A DNA stretch of 48,949 bases from the sequence record OM632672.1. One strand, written 5' to 3'. The notes below the pieces were generated by a model. That model did not search any database and was not told where the DNA came from. It saw nothing but the letters and a program-made list of their open reading frames with translations. The position numbers and the translations under genes were made by a program. Shown here in pieces: positions 16,402 through 26,466 of the stretch (position 1 is its first letter; the number at the start of each line of letters is the position of its first letter). This DNA comes from Escherichia phage BEU51.

Positions 16402-17335
16402 TGCAAAAATCCTCGCTGATAGTATTACTCTTTCTGGTGACCGTCTGGTAACAATGGAGCTGGTTTATCCGCGTTTTATTCATTCAGAATTTATGACTCA
16501 CCGAGCACTTAATCGTAATGCTTCCAGTAGTCGTGCTATTCCTACCCAACGCCTTATTGAGCAAGTTCGTAATGAACCAGTAATGCCAGTACATTGGGGT
16601 AAGAACCAGAAAGGAATGCAGGCAAGTGAAGAACTCACTCCTATGGAGATTAAGGATGCTGAGTTCATTTGGGAAAATGCTGCCTCTGCTGCTGCTGTGT
16701 ATGCTGAACAACTTCGTCGTGGACAAGTACATAAGCAGATTGTTAATCGTATTCTGGAACCATTCACGCATATCCGTGTAGTAGTGACAGCTACTCAATG
16801 GAATAACTTCTTTGGTTTACGTATCCATCCCGATGCTCAACCAGAGATTTGTGAATTGGCTACTAAGATGAAGGAACAGTATGACCAATCAAAACCCCGT
16901 ACCTTGTTGGCTGGGGAATGGCATTTGCCGTACATTACTAATAGTGATTACCTCGATGCTTACGATTATTGCAAACATCAACGAATTACTCGTGATGAAC
17001 CAAGTAGTGATGAAATTAATTGCCTGTTAGTAAAAATCTCTGCTGCTCGTTGTGCCCGTGCTTCTTATAACAACTTTAAAGGCACTCCTTCTACTATCGA
17101 AGAAGACCTGCGTTTGTTCTCTAAATTGGTTGAAAGTAAGCCTGTTCACGCAAGTCCTACTGAACATCAAGCAACTCCTCAGCATGTAATGAGTAAAGGC
17201 TTAAATGAGCCTACTGACCCATCTACATGGGAAAATGGCATTAGCCACATGGACAGAAATTTACGTTTATACTCAGGTAATCTGTGTGGCTGGATTCAAT
17301 TCCGTAAGCTGCTTGCAGATGAATGCATCCACTAA
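16394..17335 (+). CDS. thyX: ThyX-like FAD-dependent thymidylate synthase
   Basis: SEFMTHRALNRNASSSR resembles the ThyX signature RHR-x7-S-x-R but with T in place of the first R; start overlaps the upstream stop. Confidence 0.55.
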   Translation: MINAKILADSITLSGDRLVTMELVYPRFIHSEFMTHRALNRNASSSRAIPTQRLIEQVRNEPVMPVHWGKNQKGMQASEELTPMEIKDAEFIWENAASAAAVYAEQLRRGQVHKQIVNRILEPFTHIRVVVTATQWNNFFGLRIHPDAQPEICELATKMKEQYDQSKPRTLLAGEWHLPYITNSDYLDAYDYCKHQRITRDEPSSDEINCLLVKISAARCARASYNNFKGTPSTIEEDLRLFSKLVESKPVHASPTEHQATPQHVMSKGLNEPTDPSTWENGISHMDRNLRLYSGNLCGWIQFRKLLADECIH

Positions 17336-17380
17336 GTAGGTCTTTTGTGGGTGTAGACCACTCATAATAAACTCCGCTAT

Positions 17381-17408
17381 TTGCCTCCTACATGGAGGCA
17401 ATTTTTTT
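17381..17408 (+). terminator. rho-independent terminator
   Basis: TTGCCTCC-TACA-TGGAGGCAA hairpin followed by TTTTTTT. Confidence 0.8.
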
Positions 17409-17432
17409 GATTCCATGTACATAGGAGGCCAT

Positions 17433-17666
17433 ATGGCTAAACCACGTAAATTTCGTATTAAGGGTAAGCCTGTAATGGGTAGTGCTGCTGGTCAGTCACA
17501 TGAGAAAGGAGACATTGTTTATGAATGCCTTCAGTATGATTACGGCGTTGCTCATGATGACACTCGTGCTACTGGTGTCCCACATACCTCAGTAACTCTT
17601 GAGGAAGATGGTAGCTACCCATTCTTCACTGTTCCTACTCATAACCTGGAAGAAATTCATGATTGA
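17433..17666 (+). CDS. hypothetical protein (77 aa)
   Basis: ATG at 17433 with AGGAGG upstream. Confidence 0.6.
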   Translation: MAKPRKFRIKGKPVMGSAAGQSHEKGDIVYECLQYDYGVAHDDTRATGVPHTSVTLEEDGSYPFFTVPTHNLEEIHD

Positions 17667-17985
17667 CCCAAATATCATCCATGCCAAAACAGGCGAATCC
17701 CATAAGCTGTCTGAATATTCCAAAGTAGAAGATATTGCAGTTTGTCCTGCAAATATTGCTTCTCTTTGTATCTGTATTGCAGAGCTATCTAAAGAACGCC
17801 AACTATGGCTATCTCCTAATAAAACAATGGTTCAGGCAGGTCTGGCAGAAGTACAACGTATGCTGGATGAATGGTCTGAAGACCAGATGTTCATTGATGG
17901 CAATGCAGAAGCAATAACCGATGACATGGCCTCTGATATGGCTGTGTTTGTATTACAAGCAATGGCTGAAAAGCGTAGTAGTTAA
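17659..17985 (+). CDS. hypothetical protein (108 aa)
   Basis: Internal ATG of the track ORF, overlapping the upstream stop. Confidence 0.5.
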   Translation: MIDPNIIHAKTGESHKLSEYSKVEDIAVCPANIASLCICIAELSKERQLWLSPNKTMVQAGLAEVQRMLDEWSEDQMFIDGNAEAITDDMASDMAVFVLQAMAEKRSS

Positions 17986-17989
17986 TTAA
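17982..17989 (+). promoter_or_regulatory. TTAATTAA palindrome upstream of a gene start
   Basis: Exact 8-bp palindrome 20 nt before the GTG at 18010. Confidence 0.3.
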
Positions 17990-18009
17990 TAATTTACTGG
18001 AGAAAATTC

Positions 18010-20100
18010 GTGAAACGAAATTATCTCGCCATTATTGCCCTGTCAGTAGACAGTCGTAACCTCACCTTATGGCAACCAGATGGTTCTACTATGGTCATCC
18101 CCCAAGGGGATGCCCGTGTACCACGTATTGTTGCTGAAGCAAAAGAAAAGAATCTTACCCCAGGTAAGATTATCGAAGTGGATGTCACTATCGAAGCTCA
18201 GATTCGTCAGGAGTTTCTGGACGCTGAACGTGATACAGGTGGCTTTGTTAAATTCTTCCGTATTACTAAGAAGAGGCTACAAGAGTTCTTCTTAGGGGAA
18301 GAGGAAGAACAAGTCCCTTATGTATCACCTGTAGAGTTAGGTGCTAAACCCACTGCTTTCAATGCTTTTATTGCTAATGCTGTAGGCAAAACTCTTGCTG
18401 TACAACATGCATCATTAAAAGCACCTGAACCAGAAATGACAGTTACTCATGAGCGTTTTTACGGTAACTATGCTGTATGGATTACAGATGTAGACCCACG
18501 GAATCATCGTATTGAGGTTATTCATGTTATCCGTGAAATCTCAGGAAGAACCAGTGAATATGTCAATAACCTGCTGGCTCAACCAACCCCATTCAAAGTA
18601 TTTGATTGGCTCACAGAGACGCAGGCTAAAGAGTTTGTAAGACGTCTGAATAACACTCAGGGTGTTATCTCTGTCTATAACAAACTGGAAGACGGTATTC
18701 CTGCTAAGGTTGCTGTAAAGGCCACAAAGCCAACCAATAAGGAAAAGCTGGAAGCTGCATCAACTAAGCTGAAAGCTATGGGTGCTGTCGCTACTGATGC
18801 TTATGAGTTTCATACTGACTTGAATGAGAATGAAGAGACTATTGTAGCTGTAGTGAATGATAAGGTGGTTCCTGATGTTCAGAACCTACACCGCCACATC
18901 CGTCAATCTGCAAACCTGAAAGACTATAAAGGCTTTACTAAGTTCCTTGAACGTCTGTCTACTGTAATTGATAAACGTCGTCACTCTGTTGAAGACCTGA
19001 TGAAGTTTATGGAAAAAGGTGACCTGCCAATTGCAGATGATGGCTCCATTGTTATCTTCAAACGTCTGGAAAGCAAAGACAATCCTGAACATCTCAAAGA
19101 CGTAATGGATGATGTATTTGTTGATTGCCATTCTAGGAAGATTGAGCAATGCGTTGGTATGCGTGTAATGGTTAAAGAAAACCTTGTAGACCAGAACCGT
19201 CGTAAAGACTGTTCTCATGGTTTGCACGTAGCTTCTCTGCAATACATTCGTAATTTCTCAGGCAACGTAACCATTATTGGTAAAGTTGCTCCAGAGGATG
19301 TATTTGCAGTACCAGAATACGATGTTACTAAGATGCGTGTATCTGCTTATCACATCATTACCAAGCTACCTGATGCTATTCGTGACCATGTTAATAATGG
19401 CAATCCAATCTCCACCATTGAGGGTGGTACGGAAATCCTGAACATGGTTCTCAGTGGTAATCACCCTGAACCTTCCCGTCAGGTACTGGTTGGTGGTCAT
19501 TATGGAACCAATCTGACTTATTCAGAACTCACCCGTAATTATCTGGATGATGAGGAAGACATCGTTATTCCAGATGAACCAGTAATTAAGAAAACTGCCT
19601 TGAATATGGAAGAGAGCTTTACGGCAACTAATCCTAAAGCTGAACCAGTGAAGGCAACGGATGTTAAACCTATTAAGAAGACTAAGATGGAAATTCTTAA
19701 AGACCTTTGGAACCAGTTCCTGAAAGCAGAGACTTCTAATGAAGCTATTACACTGGCTGATGAAATCATTGCTGCTAAGGGCAAATGTAAGAAGTCATGG
19801 GCTTCTTTAGGCTTCAGTGGTGACATGGTTCAGAAACTGATTGATGCTCGTGCTAATAAACCTAAGCCAGAAAAAGTAGTCAAACAGGATAAAACTGTTG
19901 CACCTAAGAAAACTACAATCACTCGTAGTCGGAATGCTGATGTTATTCGTAGCTATCTGAATGACAAAGGTATGTCTGATTACTGTAAAGCTCATGCCAT
20001 TCACGATGTGAAACGTGCTGCTAAGAAATCTTATGCTGCACTGGGTCTGACTCCTGAAGAATGCAGCCAAATTGATAAACTGAAGCATCATTTGAAGTAA
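18010..20100 (+). CDS. large hypothetical protein (696 aa)
   Basis: Track ORF starting at GTG with GGAGAA upstream; no motif recognised by eye. Confidence 0.6.
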   Translation: MKRNYLAIIALSVDSRNLTLWQPDGSTMVIPQGDARVPRIVAEAKEKNLTPGKIIEVDVTIEAQIRQEFLDAERDTGGFVKFFRITKKRLQEFFLGEEEEQVPYVSPVELGAKPTAFNAFIANAVGKTLAVQHASLKAPEPEMTVTHERFYGNYAVWITDVDPRNHRIEVIHVIREISGRTSEYVNNLLAQPTPFKVFDWLTETQAKEFVRRLNNTQGVISVYNKLEDGIPAKVAVKATKPTNKEKLEAASTKLKAMGAVATDAYEFHTDLNENEETIVAVVNDKVVPDVQNLHRHIRQSANLKDYKGFTKFLERLSTVIDKRRHSVEDLMKFMEKGDLPIADDGSIVIFKRLESKDNPEHLKDVMDDVFVDCHSRKIEQCVGMRVMVKENLVDQNRRKDCSHGLHVASLQYIRNFSGNVTIIGKVAPEDVFAVPEYDVTKMRVSAYHIITKLPDAIRDHVNNGNPISTIEGGTEILNMVLSGNHPEPSRQVLVGGHYGTNLTYSELTRNYLDDEEDIVIPDEPVIKKTALNMEESFTATNPKAEPVKATDVKPIKKTKMEILKDLWNQFLKAETSNEAITLADEIIAAKGKCKKSWASLGFSGDMVQKLIDARANKPKPEKVVKQDKTVAPKKTTITRSRNADVIRSYLNDKGMSDYCKAHAIHDVKRAAKKSYAALGLTPEECSQIDKLKHHLK

Positions 20101-20167
20101 GTAGGTTAACTATTCAAGTAGCTCCGGTTGAAATATACTGGAGCTATCTTTGAAGAGGATACATACT

Positions 20168-20563
20168 ATGGCCAAAGTTTATCGTGCTAACCGTAAAGCC
20201 CATGATGACGATATTATTCGTATGAATGCAGTCGGTTTATCATTGGGAACCATTGCTAAAACACTGGGTGTTCACCCCACTACAGTTACCTTACGATTAC
20301 GCTCTCTTGGTATTGAACCAGCCGACACACGTCGAACATTTATGGAGAACGTACTAGCACCATTACCTACTCACGTAGCTGATTGGTTATCAGAACAAGT
20401 AGGACCAAAGTATGAGATTCGACAATACGTCCGAGACTTATTACTAGAAGCCTACAATAATCGTCATAATCATAAGGAAACTGCTCATGAACGATTCCTC
20501 AAAAGATACGTTGGTACAAACTCAGAACTGGTTTCTGAAGGCAGTACCCAGTCCAACGAGTAA
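20168..20563 (+). CDS. putative HTH DNA-binding protein
   Basis: ATG at 20168 with GAGGA upstream; LSLGTIAKTLGVHPTTVTLRLRSLG resembles a helix-turn-helix. Confidence 0.4.
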   Translation: MAKVYRANRKAHDDDIIRMNAVGLSLGTIAKTLGVHPTTVTLRLRSLGIEPADTRRTFMENVLAPLPTHVADWLSEQVGPKYEIRQYVRDLLLEAYNNRHNHKETAHERFLKRYVGTNSELVSEGSTQSNE

Positions 20564-20948
20564 AAACATTAGTACTCAGATTGGTTGTCATCTGGAAGAA
20601 GTAGTTGAGATGCTGGAAGAATTGGCTCCAAATTCTGAAGAAGCATACGATACACTTCATAATGCCATTGTAGCTTTAACTGAATTGTCAGAATTAATGA
20701 AATCCTCTGATAAAGAAGTTTATGCACCTAACAGCAATCGCTTAGCTATTCTGGATGCACTGGCAGACCAGATTGTTACAGCAACTGGCATCGGTACTTT
20801 CTTGGGTATGAACGTACCTGGAGCACTCACTGAAGTGAACCGTTCTAATTATTCAAAATTTGAAGATGGTGAGCCTGTTTTCAATGAGAATAAGAAAGTA
20901 ATGAAAGGTAAGGATTACACTCCGCCTGATTTAACCCCATTCATTTAA
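20487..20948 (+). CDS. hypothetical protein, possibly MazG-like all-alpha NTP pyrophosphohydrolase
   Basis: Glu-rich helical pattern EEVVEMLEE ... ILDALAD compatible with an EExxE...ExxD arrangement; overlaps the upstream gene by 77 nt so the start is uncertain. Confidence 0.3.
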   Translation: MNDSSKDTLVQTQNWFLKAVPSPTSKNISTQIGCHLEEVVEMLEELAPNSEEAYDTLHNAIVALTELSELMKSSDKEVYAPNSNRLAILDALADQIVTATGIGTFLGMNVPGALTEVNRSNYSKFEDGEPVFNENKKVMKGKDYTPPDLTPFI

Positions 20949-20953
20949 AAGAG

Positions 20954-20975
20954 CCGCCCATATAGGGCGGTTTTT
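20954..20975 (+). terminator. rho-independent terminator
   Basis: CCGCCC-ATATA-GGGCGG followed by TTTTT. Confidence 0.75.
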
Positions 20976-20990
20976 GTATCTGGAGAACTC

Positions 20991-22310
20991 ATGTATAAAA
21001 GTACTACTAAGCTGCCACTAAATCCTGGTCAAGAGGCAGCGGCAGAAGGTTTCTTCGACTTTCTGCTCGACCCCAATGCTTCTGAACTTCGTATTAGTGG
21101 ACCTGGTGGTACAGGCAAGACATTTACAATGGCTCATATGATTGACGAGATTATGCCTCGTTATCATGAGACATGTAGTCTGATGGGAATCCCTGCTCTC
21201 TATAACGAAGTTATTATGACTGCTACTACTAATAAGGCAGCAGAAGTATTAGCCCGTGCAACAGGACGTCCTACGTCTACCTATCATTCCTTTCAAGGTC
21301 TGACAGTACGGAATAACCTGAAGACTGGGGAAGCAGACCTGATTCCATCTAAGTCCTTCAGTATCAAAAAGAATAAGGTCATTTTTATTGATGAAGCATC
21401 AATGATTGACCGTAAACTGAAGAAGTTCATTAACGAAGGTACTCACCAAAGTAAGATTGTTTACTTAGGTGATAAATGCCAATTGTTACCTGTAAAGGAA
21501 ACTTCTTCTCCTGTCTACAATGACAGTAGCATTAAAGAGTTTATGCTGACCCAGCAGATGCGTACTGATGTCCCTGAACTCCATGCACTGCATGAACAGC
21601 TTCGTGGAACCATTGAAGGTAAGCATGGATTCCTGCCTATTAAAGCAGTTCCAGGTATTATCGACTGGATTGAAGATGGTGATGAAATGAGAAAAGAAGT
21701 CGAAGGTCATTTCATGACTAAGACTGACACTCGTATTGTTGCCTATACCAACCAACAGGTTGTTAACTATAACACCTTCATTCGAGCTATGAATGGATTC
21801 CACGGGGAGTTCTGTATTGGTGAAGAGTTAGTAAGTAACTCTGCTATTCAGATTGGTGCTGGTGATCGCCTTAGTATTGAACAGGAATGCCAGATTGTTG
21901 ACCAGGATTCTGCTACTCGTAAGATTCTGATTGATTCCTCTGGCATCGAATTAGAAGTACGTGATTGCACCCTGGATACTGGTTATGGTGGTGTCTTTGA
22001 AGGTATCCCTATTCCGGTAGATATGGATTATTTCATTCGTTTGCAAAAGTACTATGCACACCAAAAGAACTGGGAACGTCACTTCTATTTGAAAGAAACA
22101 TTCCCTGAACTTCGAGCATTACATGCTTCTACTGTGCATAAGTCTCAAGGTTCTACCTACGACACCATCTTTATTGATGCTACTGATTTATCTACTTGCC
22201 GTCAGCCTGATGTAGTAGCACGTCTGCTTTATGTAGCAGTATCTCGTGCTCGTCATCGTGTTGTGTTCTATGGCTCTTTGGCAGAGAAATTTGGTGGTCT
22301 GGTTCGCTAA
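20991..22310 (+). CDS. SF1B DNA helicase (RecD/Dda/Pif1-like)
   Basis: Walker A GPGGTGKTF, Walker B-like YLGDKCQLLPV and C-terminal STVHKSQGSTYD typical of RecD-like helicases. Confidence 0.75.
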   Translation: MYKSTTKLPLNPGQEAAAEGFFDFLLDPNASELRISGPGGTGKTFTMAHMIDEIMPRYHETCSLMGIPALYNEVIMTATTNKAAEVLARATGRPTSTYHSFQGLTVRNNLKTGEADLIPSKSFSIKKNKVIFIDEASMIDRKLKKFINEGTHQSKIVYLGDKCQLLPVKETSSPVYNDSSIKEFMLTQQMRTDVPELHALHEQLRGTIEGKHGFLPIKAVPGIIDWIEDGDEMRKEVEGHFMTKTDTRIVAYTNQQVVNYNTFIRAMNGFHGEFCIGEELVSNSAIQIGAGDRLSIEQECQIVDQDSATRKILIDSSGIELEVRDCTLDTGYGGVFEGIPIPVDMDYFIRLQKYYAHQKNWERHFYLKETFPELRALHASTVHKSQGSTYDTIFIDATDLSTCRQPDVVARLLYVAVSRARHRVVFYGSLAEKFGGLVR

Positions 22311-22319
22311 GGAGAACTT

Positions 22320-22847
22320 ATGCAACTGGGTGAAAAACAAATCCGTGAAATGACTAATAGTAGTGAACTAGTTCAGGAATTATTCTTAGCCGAGTTACGT
22401 CGGCTAGATAAAGTGCTGGATAGTATCATTACACGTAATGGGGAAACATTCGCTGTATACAACTCAACAGGGTTTCTGTATTTAGGGGAGTTCTATTCGA
22501 GTTCCCGTTCATCACAACAACCCCCTTCTGGTCATCGTCTGGCTCTGGCTAATCACCTACTGGATGATATGCGGGAGTATCTGGAACAAGCAGGTAAACT
22601 TCTGCTAGAAGTCCATATGGTGAATCAGATGGTCTTTCGTCTGGTTCAGGGCTGTAAGACTTATCAAGACGTTCGTGATGCATTGCCAGAATGCCTCATT
22701 GCTATGGATAAACAGGGTCATCTGAAATCCTTACAGAGAACCAGAAAGGCAGCATTTACTCTGGATAATGATGCTATGGCTCTCCGTCAGTATGAGAAAA
22801 TCTTGCCGATTATCGAATACTATGCGGGAACCCATCTTATCTTTTGA
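22320..22847 (+). CDS. hypothetical protein (175 aa)
   Basis: ORF from track. Confidence 0.55.
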   Translation: MQLGEKQIREMTNSSELVQELFLAELRRLDKVLDSIITRNGETFAVYNSTGFLYLGEFYSSSRSSQQPPSGHRLALANHLLDDMREYLEQAGKLLLEVHMVNQMVFRLVQGCKTYQDVRDALPECLIAMDKQGHLKSLQRTRKAAFTLDNDAMALRQYEKILPIIEYYAGTHLIF

Positions 22848-22854
22848 GGTCTGT

Positions 22855-24819
22855 ATGCGTCACATTACATTCAACAATGAGGGTATCTACCCTATTGCTA
22901 TCCTTACTACAACGTTACGTAAGGATGATATTGTCAAAGCATACATGGAACCCTGGGATGTAGATAAAGATTCAGTAATGATTCTTGAACTTCATACAGC
23001 CCCAGGGAAAAAGAAAACTCCTGCTAAAGAGATGCAGGAGTTTATTACCCAAGAATTAGTGCCAGCATTCGAAGCAGCACAAACTCAGTATATCATCTGT
23101 GGTGATTCTGAATATTACAAACAGCTAACCAAACAAGGTAAAGCTGATGCCAATATTGGCTATGTAATGGATTGTGCTTATGGGAACCAGAAAGTTATTT
23201 ACGTTCCCAATTACAGACAAATCTTTTATGACCCGGATAAGGTAAAGACTAAGATTGCTTTATCCATGCAGGCTCTGATTGATTATGTCTCTGGTTCTTA
23301 TGTTGAGCCAGGAACTAAGATTATCCACTATGCTGATTATCCATTAACTCCAGAAGCTATATCTAAGTGGTTAGATAAGTTACTGGAGATGAATGTTCCA
23401 TTAGCAGTAGATATAGAAACCTTCAGTCTGAAGCATTATGACTGTGGTATAGGCACTATTACATTCTGCTGGAACAAGCATGAAGGGATAGCATTCCCTG
23501 TGGATTATGAACCAATTGAGGGGGCTACTGAAGCTCCTTATGGTAGACAAGTTCACAACATGCTTGTTCGTTCTATGCTCAGAGACTTTTTTATTAAGTA
23601 TCTGAACAGGCAGATGTATCACAATATTGCCTTTGACGTATATGCACTCATTTACCAGTTATTTATGACAGACCTTCTGGATACGGAAGGGTTGTTGCAT
23701 GGCATGAGTATCATGCTAAGAAACTGGGATTGCACTAAGTTAATTACCTATCTGGCTACTAACTCTTGTGCGGGTAATAAGCTAAGTCTTAAAGACCAGG
23801 CTCAGGAATATGCTGGTAACTATGCTCAAGAAGAAATCAATGACATTACCAGAATCCCATTAGCAGAGTTGTTGGAATACAACTTAGTGGATGGATTATG
23901 TACCTGGTATGTCTATGAAAAGCATTGGGATACTCTGGTTAATGACCAACAGTTAGATGTTTATACAAACATCTTCAAACCTGCATGTGAAGATATTATT
24001 CAAATGCAGTTAACTGGTATGCCTATCAATATGAAGACAGTATTGGAGGTAGAAGAGGCATTAACCCAAGACTATAACAATGCGTTAAAAACAATTGCTG
24101 ACAGTAAAGTAATCAAAGATTTCACCCGTCTTCTTAATGAAGAATGGGTAGAAAAACAGAACCAGATTCTGAAGAAGAAACGAGTGACTTTAGCTGATGC
24201 TAAAGAACAGTTTAACCCAAACTCAGGTATTCAATTACAGAAGCTACTTTTTGAGTTTCTGGAGTTACCTGTACTTGGTTTGACTGCAAGTAAACTACCT
24301 GCTACTGGCAGTGGCATACTCAAGTCTTTGAAGAACCATACCCAAGATACCAGTATTCTGGAAATTCTTGATGCTCTGATTGATTACAAAGCTGTAGATA
24401 AAATTCTGACAGCATTTATTCCAGCATTAAAAAATGCCAGACAAGGACCAGATGGTTGGCATTATCTCTTTGGTAATCTGAACTTAGGTGGGACTGTATC
24501 AGGCCGCCTATCCAGTAGTGAACCAAACCTACAGAACCTACCTTCTGGTTCCAGATATGCCAAGATGATTAAAAAATGCTTTGAGGCTCCTCCTGGATGG
24601 ATATTCTGTGGGCTAGACTTTGCTTCTCTCGAAGACCGTATATCTGCTTTAACAACCAAAGACCCTAACAAGCTGAAGGTGTACATGGGTGTGACTGTTT
24701 ATACAGTTACTATAGAAGGAGTTGACCATCATATCCGAGATGATGATACAATCGTTTATGATGGTAAAACTTATACCGGTGAGGAGTTCTATGACGCTTT
24801 TACCCGTGGCCTTCTATGA
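22855..24819 (+). CDS. family-A DNA polymerase, N-terminal part (3'-5' exonuclease domain and polymerase up to motif A)
   Basis: Exo motifs LAVDIETFSL, YHNIAFDVYAL, EYNLVDGLCTWYVYEK; polymerase elements GTVSGRLSSSEPNLQNLP and motif A GLDFASLEDRIS; the last ~35 aa show no polymerase similarity; ATG at 22855 with GAGG RBS. Confidence 0.8.
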   Translation: MRHITFNNEGIYPIAILTTTLRKDDIVKAYMEPWDVDKDSVMILELHTAPGKKKTPAKEMQEFITQELVPAFEAAQTQYIICGDSEYYKQLTKQGKADANIGYVMDCAYGNQKVIYVPNYRQIFYDPDKVKTKIALSMQALIDYVSGSYVEPGTKIIHYADYPLTPEAISKWLDKLLEMNVPLAVDIETFSLKHYDCGIGTITFCWNKHEGIAFPVDYEPIEGATEAPYGRQVHNMLVRSMLRDFFIKYLNRQMYHNIAFDVYALIYQLFMTDLLDTEGLLHGMSIMLRNWDCTKLITYLATNSCAGNKLSLKDQAQEYAGNYAQEEINDITRIPLAELLEYNLVDGLCTWYVYEKHWDTLVNDQQLDVYTNIFKPACEDIIQMQLTGMPINMKTVLEVEEALTQDYNNALKTIADSKVIKDFTRLLNEEWVEKQNQILKKKRVTLADAKEQFNPNSGIQLQKLLFEFLELPVLGLTASKLPATGSGILKSLKNHTQDTSILEILDALIDYKAVDKILTAFIPALKNARQGPDGWHYLFGNLNLGGTVSGRLSSSEPNLQNLPSGSRYAKMIKKCFEAPPGWIFCGLDFASLEDRISALTTKDPNKLKVYMGVTVYTVTIEGVDHHIRDDDTIVYDGKTYTGEEFYDAFTRGLL

Positions 24820-25336
24820 ACAACGGTATAAGATTTCCGATGAAGGTTTCATCTTAAATCTTGCAAACAATCAACCCCTAAAACCGACTCTCAATCCTAA
24901 TGGATACCTTAAGGTTGGATTAGCTAATGGCGATGGTACACATCACCAAGAGCTACTTCATATTCTGGTAGCTAAACACTTCATCCCTAATCCTTATGGC
25001 TATGAACAGGTAAACCATAAAGACGGTAATAAACTGCATTGTCATAAGGATAATCTGGAATGGTGCTCTGCTACTCAGAATGTTGAACATGCACTTAAAA
25101 CAAAGCTACGTCCTGGTTACATGTCTGCTGACGATAAAGAGAAGTATCTCTTTGAGGTGCTGGCAGGTAAGCAAGTTAAAGACATTGCTTTTGAAATAGG
25201 TAGGCGTCCTGAAACTTTGCATAAGATGCTCAGAACTACTGCTGACCGACTTGGTGTTCGAAATGAGTGGGATGATGTTATGAGGAGAAATAGAAAAGAT
25301 GTTGCTTTACGACAGCTTGCCAAAATCAACTCATGA
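24791..25336 (+). CDS. HNH endonuclease inserted within the DNA polymerase gene
   Basis: HQELLHILVAKHF...NHKDGNKLHCHKDNLEWCSATQNVEHA matches the HNH pattern; own GAGGAG RBS 4 nt before the ATG at 24791; third reading frame relative to both polymerase parts. Confidence 0.7.
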   Translation: MTLLPVAFYEQRYKISDEGFILNLANNQPLKPTLNPNGYLKVGLANGDGTHHQELLHILVAKHFIPNPYGYEQVNHKDGNKLHCHKDNLEWCSATQNVEHALKTKLRPGYMSADDKEKYLFEVLAGKQVKDIAFEIGRRPETLHKMLRTTADRLGVRNEWDDVMRRNRKDVALRQLAKINS

Positions 25337-26129
25337 CTTCACTGGCAAGAAAATTGACAACGTAGTCAAAGCTGGGAGTTCATCAGGTTACGATGGGCAT
25401 AGTCTTCGTGCATATGCTTACTTCGGTGAGATGATGCCTGACATTGAAGATACGGTAGAGTCTGTTAATTCTATTCAGGAGAAGTACAAAGCATATCGTC
25501 AGGATTCTAAAGCACCTACCTTTGCTCTTACCTATCAGGGCACATACATCACTTTGATGAAGAACTGTGGTTTCTCTGAACAGAAAGCTCGAATGGTTGA
25601 AGAACGTTATCACACACTTTATAAGGTAAGTGATGACTGGGTTCAGGCTAAACTAGACCAAGCTGCAAAAGATGGTTATGTAACCGTAGCATTTGGCCTG
25701 AGAGTCAGAACCCCCTTACTTCAACAAGTTATCCGTGGAACCAGTAAAACTCCTTATGAAGCTGAAGCTGAAGGACGTACTGCTGGTAATGCATTAGGCC
25801 AAAGTTGGTGTCTTCTGAATAACCGTGCTGGTTCAGAGTTCATGCGTATGGTGCGGAATAGTAAGCATCGTCTTGATATTCGTCCAAGTACCCATATCCA
25901 TGATGCTCAGTATTTCCTTATCCGTGATGATATGGATGTTGTGATATATACCAATACTCATTTGGTGAAAGCAGTACAATGGCAAGACCATCCTGATATT
26001 GCTCATCCAGATGTTCATTTGGGTGGGGAACTCTCCTTATTCTACCCAACGTGGGCTAACGAGATTGAGATTCCAAACTACGCTACGCCCGAACAAGTCC
26101 ATGAAGCAATCCAAAAGGCATTTAAATGA
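25299..26129 (+). CDS. family-A DNA polymerase, C-terminal part (motifs B and C)
   Basis: YDGHSLRAYAYFG (D.H...FG), motif B-like RQDSKAPTFALTYQGT and motif C-like THIHDAQYF; the start is uncertain and may be supplied by splicing. Confidence 0.75.
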   Translation: MLLYDSLPKSTHDFTGKKIDNVVKAGSSSGYDGHSLRAYAYFGEMMPDIEDTVESVNSIQEKYKAYRQDSKAPTFALTYQGTYITLMKNCGFSEQKARMVEERYHTLYKVSDDWVQAKLDQAAKDGYVTVAFGLRVRTPLLQQVIRGTSKTPYEAEAEGRTAGNALGQSWCLLNNRAGSEFMRMVRNSKHRLDIRPSTHIHDAQYFLIRDDMDVVIYTNTHLVKAVQWQDHPDIAHPDVHLGGELSLFYPTWANEIEIPNYATPEQVHEAIQKAFK

Positions 26130-26464
26130 CCAAACAAATTGAAGAGAAAAAGCATCACTGGTTAGTAGCAGCTCAACTGACTTTTGTTATTCCTGATAAC
26201 AAAGATGGTCAGGAAGGTGCTGTTATTGTTCAGAACACTATGTTGCTTACTGAAGAGAAACAGGTAACTTTCCGTGACCTGGGACGTGCTCAGTCTGCTC
26301 TGTTTCAGAATCTGAATGACCGTTTTGGTCAAGTGGTAGATGTACGGGATATTGTATTCCTGAACGTCAGCTACCTGGGTCATATGAGTCAGCCTGACTT
26401 TCAGCAAAATCTGGTAACTAAAGATACTGCTGCGAAGAAAGCTAAACTGAAAGCTGTGGAGTAA
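26126..26464 (+). CDS. hypothetical protein (112 aa)
   Basis: ORF from track, start overlapping the upstream stop. Confidence 0.55.
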   Translation: MTKQIEEKKHHWLVAAQLTFVIPDNKDGQEGAVIVQNTMLLTEEKQVTFRDLGRAQSALFQNLNDRFGQVVDVRDIVFLNVSYLGHMSQPDFQQNLVTKDTAAKKAKLKAVE

Positions 26465-26466
26465 TC

